Positions 35,348 to 41,984 of a stretch of 41,984 nt of DNA are shown here, in pieces. How positions within the stretch are numbered: the first letter of the stretch is position 1; every line of letters begins with the position of its first letter. A model generated the notes under the pieces. That model was given only the letters and a program-made list of their open reading frames with translations. It was not told the DNA's origin and ran no database searches. Position numbers and translations under genes: made by a program. Source of the stretch: a virus; IMG/VR virus record IMGVR_UViG_3300045988_127013, one strand, 5' to 3'.

Positions 35348-35674
35348 ATGAGCAAGATAACACTACAATACAAGTTCCCCAGCCGACGAGTAGAGGTCGA
35401 TGCTATAAAGCGAATGCCTCCAGATCGTGTACAGAAGCTTCGAGATGAAGCAGTTGCTAGGCTTGAGCAGTTGGTGGCGTCTTGCGATGATTACTTTGAA
35501 AACTTGGTTGAGTCTCACTGCTATATATGCGACAAGTACGGGTACGCCTATTTTGATCTCCCCGATAAATGGGGCTGGCTAAGTGATGGAACGTTGATAT
35601 GTGATGAATGTCAGCGAAGATGGGAAGAGCGCTTCAATGAGGCGCCAAAAGTTAATAGAGATAGCGAGGGATAA
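35348..35674 (+). CDS. hypothetical Cys-rich protein (108 aa)
   Basis: HCYICDKYG...CDECQRRW possible zinc-binding. Confidence 0.5.
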   Translation: MSKITLQYKFPSRRVEVDAIKRMPPDRVQKLRDEAVARLEQLVASCDDYFENLVESHCYICDKYGYAYFDLPDKWGWLSDGTLICDECQRRWEERFNEAPKVNRDSEG

Positions 35675-36613
35675 ATGAAAACATCAGCGTTTCCTAAAAT
35701 TCTACACATAGGAAATAAACAAATATCAGACCTGTTCGACGGTGTTGTTGAGGTAACTGAGAAAATTGATGGCAGTCAGCTGGGACTGGGCAAGATTGAT
35801 GGCGAGTTATTTGTTCGCTCCAAGGGCAAAGAGCAAGACCTTGACAACCCAGATAAGATGTTCGAGGGTGCGGTTGAGTTCGCTAAAACGATTGCAGATA
35901 AACTACCAGATAACATAGCCCTATACGGCGAGTGGCTGAGTAAACCAAAGCACAATGTGCTAGCTTACGATAGGACTCCTAAGAACGGTATTGCCTTATT
36001 TGGGGTGTACAACCCAGAGACACAAGAACACTATGGCATGGATGTCATTTCTGAATGGGCTGAACGACTGGGCGTTGACACAGTGCCTCTACTATTTAAA
36101 GGTGAGACTAATGCTCAGGCGGTGCTGGACATGGTTGACAAAACAGACAGTTTCCTTGGTGGTCAAAAGATTGAGGGTGTTGTGGTTAAGCGCTATACAC
36201 CATGGATGTTTATGGGCAATATCCCGTTGACCGTTATGAGTGGTAAGTACGTCTCAGAGAAGTTCAAAGAGGTTCATGCCAGAGACTGGAAAAAGGAACA
36301 CACAGATAAGGGTAAGCTTGAGGTTGCCATCAGCCAATACAAGTCAGAGGCCCGATGGAATAAGGCTATCCAGCACCTAAGAGAAAATGGCGAGTTGGTG
36401 GGCGGACCTGCAGATATTGGTCGCCTTATTAAAGAGGTGCGGTTTGATATCACACTAGAGGAAAAAGAGAATATCAAAGAGGAGCTCTGGAAGATATACA
36501 AGGATGACTTTTTGAGAAATGCTGTATTTGGTTTGCCAGAGTGGTACAAAAAGAAACTAGCTACAGGGGATGTTGATGTCGAGGTTGTCAAGGAGAATGG
36601 ACAAGGTGTCTAA
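35675..36613 (+). CDS. ATP-dependent RNA ligase (Rnl1/T4 RnlA-like nucleotidyltransferase), 312 aa
   Basis: Motif I EKIDGSQ (KxDG lysine adenylylation site), YGEWL, EGVVVK motif IV; size too small for a typical DNA ligase; Pnkp gene nearby. Confidence 0.6.
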   Translation: MKTSAFPKILHIGNKQISDLFDGVVEVTEKIDGSQLGLGKIDGELFVRSKGKEQDLDNPDKMFEGAVEFAKTIADKLPDNIALYGEWLSKPKHNVLAYDRTPKNGIALFGVYNPETQEHYGMDVISEWAERLGVDTVPLLFKGETNAQAVLDMVDKTDSFLGGQKIEGVVVKRYTPWMFMGNIPLTVMSGKYVSEKFKEVHARDWKKEHTDKGKLEVAISQYKSEARWNKAIQHLRENGELVGGPADIGRLIKEVRFDITLEEKENIKEELWKIYKDDFLRNAVFGLPEWYKKKLATGDVDVEVVKENGQGV

Positions 36614-36773
36614 TCCCAAAGTCTATAAACGGCTAAAGAGACAGAGAGACACAGACTGTTCATTCTGTCCGCCGAATAGGCGAGAGAATGCCAATAGTTA
36701 TACATATAAAAGGAAGAAGAAAGAATATCAACTGCCGCCAAGCAAGAAATGGTTTGGCAAAGTTGTGTGGTAG
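36597..36773 (+). CDS. small basic protein (58 aa)
   Basis: Internal ATG of listed ORF 36570..36773; K/R-rich. Confidence 0.4.
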   Translation: MDKVSNPKVYKRLKRQRDTDCSFCPPNRRENANSYTYKRKKKEYQLPPSKKWFGKVVW

Positions 36774-36782
36774 GGGTGTAAT

Positions 36783-37079
36783 ATGAAAAATGAAGTAGAT
36801 AGTATTCTGGACGAGCGTGGTAAGCGATATGGCAGTTTTATGGGGCACGCCACTGTGTCGCAGGATATACAAGCAGTTATTAGAGAAGGTTTTTATAATA
36901 ATGTAAATGTCGATTCTATCGATGACATCGACGAGGATATGGCAGAGGCTCTGTTTATGATAGCACATAAGATTGGTCGTATTGTGAATGGTGACCCATG
37001 GTACGCAGATTCGTGGATTGATATTGCGGGCTATGCTAAGCTTGTGGCAGATAGATTGGAGAAAAACATTGAACGCTGA
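36783..37079 (+). CDS. hypothetical protein (98 aa)
   Basis: ORF; GGGGTG RBS. Confidence 0.5.
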   Translation: MKNEVDSILDERGKRYGSFMGHATVSQDIQAVIREGFYNNVNVDSIDDIDEDMAEALFMIAHKIGRIVNGDPWYADSWIDIAGYAKLVADRLEKNIER

Positions 37080-37098
37080 TGAGATTTTAACAGACGAG

Positions 37099-37242
37099 AT
37101 GACACTGGACGAGAAGTTGGCCGCTATTGATGCTGCTATGAATGATGAGCAGGTTAAGGAAGACTTTAATCGCCGTAATGGCCGACCGATAGACGCACCG
37201 GTTGATCCAGCGGAGCTAACAATATGTGAGGGTTGCCAGTAA
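37099..37242 (+). CDS. possible small acidic protein (47 aa)
   Basis: Internal ATG of listed ORF 36988..37242, avoids overlap with upstream gene. Confidence 0.35.
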   Translation: MTLDEKLAAIDAAMNDEQVKEDFNRRNGRPIDAPVDPAELTICEGCQ

Positions 37243-37478
37243 TGGAGAAGATGAGACAACCAGAGATTACAGTATACAGTAAAGAGAACTGTGTGCAGTG
37301 CAATGCAACATACCGAGCACTTGGGAAAAGGGCACTTGAGTATACGGTGGTTATGCTTGAGGACAATCCAGAACTAACCGAGCGGTTCAGAGAAGAAGGC
37401 TTCATGCAAGCACCGATTGTTGACATTGGCACTGAGAAGTGGTCAGGCTTTAGGCCAGATAAAATAAAGGAGATATAG
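37242..37478 (+). CDS. nrdH: glutaredoxin-like protein NrdH (78 aa)
   Basis: CVQC redox motif near N-terminus in a 78-aa thioredoxin-fold-sized protein; GAGGG RBS 9 nt upstream. Confidence 0.6.
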   Translation: MEKMRQPEITVYSKENCVQCNATYRALGKRALEYTVVMLEDNPELTERFREEGFMQAPIVDIGTEKWSGFRPDKIKEI

Positions 37479-37482
37479 CTAT

Positions 37483-38355
37483 ATGGCAAAGAATAAAAGA
37501 CCCAAGTTGCTTTGCCTTAAAGGTCTGCCGGCTTCCGGCAAGTCTACATACGCAAAAGAGCTTGAGTCAAAGGGATGGGTTCGTGTAAATAAGGATGACA
37601 TTCGTAAAGAATTCTTCCCAGACTACACATTCAAAGACGAAAAGGAAGTTGTCTACATGGAGGATGCTGAGATTATCGCAGAGCTTCGTGAGAGCAACAA
37701 CGTTGTAGTCGATGACACCAACTTTGCACCTAAGCACCAACAACGGCTAGAGAAAATAGCCAAAGAGGAAGACGCAGACTTTGAAGTCCTGTTCATTGAC
37801 ACGCCACTCGAGGAATGTATCAAACGAAACCGCAAACGTACAGATAGCGTCCCGATGGAAGTAATCCTCAATATGTACAATAAATATATAGCACCATACA
37901 AGGAAAAACATGTTAAATATGATGATATGCTGGATGAAGCTATTCTGGTGGATATTGACGGTACTCTTGCTCATATCGATGGCGACAATCCTCGTAATCC
38001 CTATGACGCTAGTCGGGCTATGGAAGATGTACTTGACGACGCTGTTTCTGTGGTTGCTTCTATGTGCTACAAACACGGCTATCGTGTCATTATACTCACT
38101 GGCCGTCATAGTGGTCATCTGCAGGTTACACAAGACTGGCTCGCTAAAAACGGGGTCAACTACGACGAAATTTATTGCCGTGATGAGGGAGATAAGAGAC
38201 CAGACTATGTCGTGAAGCAGGAGCTATTTGACAAGCACATTAGAGGCAAATACAATATTAAGTTTGTTATTGATGACAGGCCATCGGTTTGCCGCATGTG
38301 GCGGTCGTTGGGCCTAAAGGTCTTACAGGTTGGTGATCCTCATGTTGAATTTTGA
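37483..38355 (+). CDS. pnk: polynucleotide 5'-kinase / 3'-phosphatase (T4 Pnk-like), 290 aa
   Basis: N-terminal P-loop LKGLPASGKST; C-terminal HAD phosphatase motif I LVDIDGTLAH with downstream GDKRPD and VIDDR. Confidence 0.75.
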   Translation: MAKNKRPKLLCLKGLPASGKSTYAKELESKGWVRVNKDDIRKEFFPDYTFKDEKEVVYMEDAEIIAELRESNNVVVDDTNFAPKHQQRLEKIAKEEDADFEVLFIDTPLEECIKRNRKRTDSVPMEVILNMYNKYIAPYKEKHVKYDDMLDEAILVDIDGTLAHIDGDNPRNPYDASRAMEDVLDDAVSVVASMCYKHGYRVIILTGRHSGHLQVTQDWLAKNGVNYDEIYCRDEGDKRPDYVVKQELFDKHIRGKYNIKFVIDDRPSVCRMWRSLGLKVLQVGDPHVEF

Positions 38356-38620
38356 TAAGTATGACAGGTATGGTGAGGTTATACGCCCTGGCGATGTTTG
38401 TGCGAGGGCGGGCCGTGGAGGCGCTGAGCTTGTTGTTTACAAGGGTCATAGTTGGGGTGCTAAGGGTAGTAAAGGCGAGTTTGGCCGCTTTATTACGCCA
38501 GACGGGCATCGTAGTATTAAGTATTCTAGTATCGTGTTCGCGTTTGATCCTGTTGGCAATAGGCGCTCTAAGGCGAAACAAGCGACAAAAATAATAAGAG
38601 AATTTTATGAGGGGAAATAG
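38342..38620 (+). CDS. hypothetical protein (92 aa)
   Basis: ATG within listed ORF 38330.., reduces overlap with pnk. Confidence 0.45.
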   Translation: MLNFDKYDRYGEVIRPGDVCARAGRGGAELVVYKGHSWGAKGSKGEFGRFITPDGHRSIKYSSIVFAFDPVGNRRSKAKQATKIIREFYEGK

Positions 38621-38622
38621 AT

Positions 38623-39189
38623 ATGAAGTTTATCAAGGGTTATAAGCTCATTAGTCAGGAAGAACTGTCCAAACTAGAGACAGACGCAGAAGTGCGTGGA
38701 GCAAAAGAATCCAAGCAACGGATTGATGAATTAAAGAGGTCAATTGAAAAGAAGAATGGTGAGATTGATCATCTGCGTCAACAACAAGAAGATCTGTGTG
38801 AAACAGCGGAGCGTCAGATTGACCGGCTAAAAGCTAAAATCTCTGTGCTTGAGAAAGAACGTGACGACGTCCGAGAGATTGAAAAGCAGTCACTAAAGAA
38901 CGCTGACACTGTGGCTATTCTGAACGCAAAAGAGGAGAGTCTCGATAGGCGGGAGAAGTCACTTGACAAGCGTGAAGAGAAGATAGCTGATGCAGAGGAG
39001 ACAAAGAAGATGGCTGCATATGCTGATGGTTTAGCTGACGGACTACGCAAAGCTCATGAAATCACCGAGAAAGACCGCGAAAATGCCCTCAAGGTGGCTA
39101 TGGTATCTGCAGCGTCTCACACATCACCAGAAACGATGAAGGAGTTGAACGATGTCCACCAAATTACAGCAGGTAATAGCCAGAAGTAG
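38623..39189 (+). CDS. hypothetical coiled-coil protein (188 aa)
   Basis: ORF; heptad-rich E/K/R sequence. Confidence 0.5.
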   Translation: MKFIKGYKLISQEELSKLETDAEVRGAKESKQRIDELKRSIEKKNGEIDHLRQQQEDLCETAERQIDRLKAKISVLEKERDDVREIEKQSLKNADTVAILNAKEESLDRREKSLDKREEKIADAEETKKMAAYADGLADGLRKAHEITEKDRENALKVAMVSAASHTSPETMKELNDVHQITAGNSQK

Positions 39190-39613
39190 GCTGTCTACAT
39201 TAGACGGCGATCTACGAGAAGCTGGTGAGCAGATGCTCAGGGACAAGTTCTTTCCCAAGAATAATAGCACTGAGATTGATAGGGATGTTCTTGAGGCACT
39301 ACAGAGAAAGAGCCCACTTGATGAGACTTATCTAGCCATGCACTCTCCTGTCAATAGGAAATTTAAAAAACTCTTTTATATCTCGCGCCCCGATCTTATT
39401 GCCATTGCAAAGGCTATTAGGAGAGCGAAAGAGGAGCTTGGTTCGTTTAGTCTCAGCTCTATGTGTCTGGTTATGGGTTGGGATTTTTATCAGGAGCTAC
39501 TAAGAGCAGATAATTGTTATATTAGATATGGCGAAAGAGACATCAGCATATTGGGCTGTAGGGTTGTTGTAAATGACTCGGGGTTTGTAGCCTATTTAGA
39601 AGTGGAGCTTTGA
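39152..39613 (+). CDS. hypothetical protein (153 aa)
   Basis: ORF overlapping upstream gene by 38 nt. Confidence 0.45.
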   Translation: MSTKLQQVIARSRLSTLDGDLREAGEQMLRDKFFPKNNSTEIDRDVLEALQRKSPLDETYLAMHSPVNRKFKKLFYISRPDLIAIAKAIRRAKEELGSFSLSSMCLVMGWDFYQELLRADNCYIRYGERDISILGCRVVVNDSGFVAYLEVEL

Positions 39614-39728
39614 TATATGAGTAAGAGAGAGTTAACAATTACAATTACTGAGGACTGTAGGTTTAGTGTTGCTGACGATATAGTACGTGTACAGATGAGA
39701 AATATTGCAATAAGAAAGGGAGAGCGCA

Positions 39729-39974
39729 ATGAGCATAACATTCTTTAACCAATGGAGGCAACTATTCCGTCTAGGTTCTATGAATTGGATTGATTTTGAT
39801 CTTATCAACATCTCATGGGAGATTGATAAGATGACTGAAGATTTTGGAATTGATGTTGCACTATTTGGATTTGGCTTCCATGTCCACTATGTCTCCAGGA
39901 GAATGCGCAGATATTTCGATAGTGCGATGGAAAGCTGTAAGGACAAAAGTAAGAATCCAGACGTCAGTCTTTAA
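39729..39974 (+). CDS. hypothetical protein (81 aa), last rightward gene
   Basis: ORF, GGGAGAG RBS. Confidence 0.5.
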   Translation: MSITFFNQWRQLFRLGSMNWIDFDLINISWEIDKMTEDFGIDVALFGFGFHVHYVSRRMRRYFDSAMESCKDKSKNPDVSL

Positions 39975-39985
39975 GATATAAAAAT

Positions 39986-40020
39986 AAGACCCCACTTAGT
40001 TGTGAGGTCTTTATTTTATG
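39986..40020. terminator. bidirectional rho-independent terminator between convergent blocks
   Basis: Stem AAGACCCCAC/GTGAGGTCTT (one C-A mismatch) with T-runs on both sides. Confidence 0.6.
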
Positions 40021-40030
40021 TCTTAATGTT

Positions 40031-40279
40031 TTAAGAATCTTTACGGGCTTCGCCAGCCTTTTTACCAGCAAATCCAGCGGTTGTTATAAGTCCTGAACCA
40101 ACAAGACCAATCTTGAACACACCATCAGCGATGCCATCAACTCCACCAGTGACAAAGCCAAGCGCTCCACCGGCAAACGCAGCTAACACAATAAGGCCAG
40201 CCTTGCCCCAATGTTTTTCGTTTAGCTCCTGGCCAAGTTTTACTAATGCAATAGCAGCAAGTGATAATATTGATTCCAT
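40031..40279 (-). CDS. holin-like small membrane protein (82 aa, 2 TM)
   Basis: Two Gly/Ala-rich hydrophobic helices, charged C-terminus KKAGEARKDS; last gene of lysis cassette; no Cys (not a lipoprotein o-spanin). Confidence 0.5.
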   Translation of the reverse strand: MESILSLAAIALVKLGQELNEKHWGKAGLIVLAAFAGGALGFVTGGVDGIADGVFKIGLVGSGLITTAGFAGKKAGEARKDS

Positions 40280-41218
40280 TTATTTATCTCCTATTTTAAA
40301 TATGTTCTTCAGAAGCTGTGTAAGCTCCTGTAACAGCTTTTTAACATCTTGTAGTAAGGTTGTAGTCTCTTTGTCTAAAGACCCCTCAGACGGCTTCTCA
40401 TGAGCTTGTGGAGGTATAACCTCTGGTTTCTTCTCCACTTCAGGTGCTGGCGCTGGGATTTCAGTAAGAGCGTCTAATAAAATGCCCCAGTCTCGACCAC
40501 CATCAGTTGATGACCTGCTACGCAGGTAGGTTTTACCGTCCCATTGAGTTTGGGTTTTGAAGTCGATATCTGTGCCTGCCTTGATAACATCACCAACAGG
40601 CCTCTTATTAACAAGGTCATAAACATACAAATCAACTGCAGCCCTCATATAGCGCGGGTTGTCCATTGCAGCCCATGTTGGTCGTGTAGGTGCTGGAGCT
40701 GGAGCGGGAGCAACCTTATTACGAACATTACCCCAATCATCATCTTTACTAACCTCCTTAGTTGCCGCAATTCGCTCAAGACGGTCGAGGTCATAATTGC
40801 CTGGACAATTTGTTGATGTAAATTGTCGGTGTGGCACTAATGGAAGATAACCATATATACTGCGTAACTGAGCTATAACCTCAGCAACAACATCATAATC
40901 TTCATCTCGACATCGAGGGTCGCATTCAATTGATATCGTATATGGGTTTGCCGAGTTGGTTGCCCATGATGCGTTTTCCAGGTCAATCAGACAGGCTGCT
41001 CGCCTACCTGTTCCTGTGGCCACAATGTGTGCAGAGCTACTACCATTCGGCCGACATAGCCAGTTAATAACACCCTCGTATGATGGGTTGTTCTCAGGGT
41101 TTCCCCACCAATGGATAGCAATAGCTTCAATAGTTCGAGGTCGTCCCCATGTAGCGTATACATCTGCAGCCTCTGTGTAGTTTGGACTGTTCCATTGTGT
41201 TTGCCAATTAAATGCCAT
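40280..41218 (-). CDS. endolysin: N-acetylmuramoyl-L-alanine amidase (amidase_2/PGRP) with PA-linkers and C-terminal binding domain, 312 aa
   Basis: IAIHWWGNP...INWL...SAHIVATGTGRRAACLIDLENASWATNSANPYTISIE matches T7-lysozyme-type zinc amidase; APAPAP linkers. Confidence 0.8.
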   Translation of the reverse strand: MAFNWQTQWNSPNYTEAADVYATWGRPRTIEAIAIHWWGNPENNPSYEGVINWLCRPNGSSSAHIVATGTGRRAACLIDLENASWATNSANPYTISIECDPRCRDEDYDVVAEVIAQLRSIYGYLPLVPHRQFTSTNCPGNYDLDRLERIAATKEVSKDDDWGNVRNKVAPAPAPAPTRPTWAAMDNPRYMRAAVDLYVYDLVNKRPVGDVIKAGTDIDFKTQTQWDGKTYLRSRSSTDGGRDWGILLDALTEIPAPAPEVEKKPEVIPPQAHEKPSEGSLDKETTTLLQDVKKLLQELTQLLKNIFKIGDK

Positions 41219-41619
41219 TATTTGTTCTCCTTTAATTTAGACAGCTCATGTTCTAGAACTGCAATCTTTTTATTCTTTTCGTCTAGTTCGACTAGCAGTG
41301 CGTCGAGTCGTGCCTTGGTCCTGCTGTGGTCCTCACGTTCCCTATTAAGGTCTTCGGTTAGCCTCGCAATTTGATGCTCAAGGTCATCTTTTTCGGTACG
41401 TAGTTTACTAATCTCATCAAACAGGAAGTCCACCTGCTGAATCAGGGTTTCAACTTTTTTATCGGTTTCATAGATTCGAGTCACAGACACCGCTTTATCA
41501 GCTGAATCACCGTCGGTCTTCTTGTCTCTGAAAGCAACGATAAATGTAGCAGTTGCTGTAATGACTAAAGATATGGCAGTAATAACTGCTGCAATGTCTA
41601 ATTTTACTGCTTCAATCAC
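41218..41619 (-). CDS. N-terminal TM + coiled-coil lysis-associated protein (i-spanin-like or lysis regulator), 133 aa
   Basis: TM helix AAVITAISLVITATATFIVAF followed by long coiled coil; between holin and endolysin. Confidence 0.45.
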   Translation of the reverse strand: MIEAVKLDIAAVITAISLVITATATFIVAFRDKKTDGDSADKAVSVTRIYETDKKVETLIQQVDFLFDEISKLRTEKDDLEHQIARLTEDLNREREDHSRTKARLDALLVELDEKNKKIAVLEHELSKLKENK

Positions 41620-41634
41620 CTTTATTCCTTGTTT

Positions 41635-41940
41635 TTATTTTTTGTTTCTAATCGCTGTTTCTGGGTTGATTGGCGGCTCTAGTAGGATAAAGAACGCCCC
41701 AAAGGCGAGTATATAGTGTGCTATTATTGTTGATAGCGGCGCTGGAGGTCCGTTACTAAACAGTAGGTCCGTTAACATTCCAGTCCCCATGAGTCCATAA
41801 AGAACCACAGATAATCCGATGCCCAGGCGAGCGGTTTTATATGACCACCTGGCCAAGGCCCCAGCAACCATAGCTCCGCACAGCAACCATAGTAGTCCAG
41901 TCAGCCAGTACGGCAATATGGTACACGCTGCATTGATCAT
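41635..41940 (-). CDS. holin (class I-like, 3 TM), about 101 aa; start trimmed to ATG with AGGAAA RBS
   Basis: Three hydrophobic segments, charged C-terminus RNKK; start lies within the 55-nt terminal overlap (equals positions 9..11 of the window). Confidence 0.55.
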   Translation of the reverse strand: MINAACTILPYWLTGLLWLLCGAMVAGALARWSYKTARLGIGLSVVLYGLMGTGMLTDLLFSNGPPAPLSTIIAHYILAFGAFFILLEPPINPETAIRNKK

Positions 41941-41984
41941 AAATTTCCTGGGATACAGCAATATACTTAAACCGCTAACAAACG

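Noticed and set aside
41218-41619. Embedded o-spanin (Rz1-like) within the TM/coiled-coil gene
   Set aside because: No alternative-frame ORF with a lipobox (L-x-x-C) could be identified by eye on the minus strand; left as unresolved rather than called.
1-41984. CRISPR array, retron, reverse transcriptase or diversity-generating retroelement
   Set aside because: No regularly spaced direct repeats with unique spacers and no RT motifs (YxDD) seen in any frame; the only repeat families are promoter cassettes and short iterons.

Overview
This window is a complete, gene-dense dsDNA tailed-phage genome of about 41.9 kb. Bases 1..55 are identical to 41930..41984, so the sequence closes on itself (circular or terminally redundant assembly).

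Three transcription blocks are visible:
(1) A leftward late/structural block on the minus strand, 19140 down to 144. Gene order is terS, two small genes, terL, portal, scaffold, major capsid, collagen-like tail fiber, tail genes, three small paralogous genes, and a 1305-aa internal/ejection-like protein. Across the circular junction it continues into a minus-strand lysis cassette at 41940 down to 40031 (holin, a TM/coiled-coil protein, amidase endolysin, a second holin-like protein).
(2) A roughly 1.2 kb AT-rich divergent control region (19176..20394) with tandem repeats, a TACAACA motif array and stacked sigma70-like promoters.
(3) A rightward early/middle block on the plus strand, 20395..39974. 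It contains many small ORFs, some acidic, and a replication/repair module: Pif1-like helicase, HIRAN-RecB-like nuclease fusion, RusA, DEDDy exonuclease, NrdH-like redoxin, a T4 Pnk-like polynucleotide kinase/phosphatase and an Rnl-like RNA ligase. It also carries four HNH homing-endonuclease genes, a membrane-anchored lytic transglycosylase, three tRNAs (Met-CAT, Asp-GTC, probable Pro-TGG) and a tRNA-like element with a broken anticodon arm.

The large terminase gene carries a 337-aa intein with a LAGLIDADG homing-endonuclease domain. No integrase, repressor, DNA polymerase, primase or RNA polymerase was recognised, so this looks like a virulent phage that relies on host replication and transcription.

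Strong AGGAGG ribosome-binding sites, extended -10 (TGn) promoters and a PA-linker in the endolysin hint at a Firmicutes-type host. This is unverified; a TM/coiled-coil spanin-like protein argues the other way.

All functional calls are from motifs read by eye. No database search was possible.
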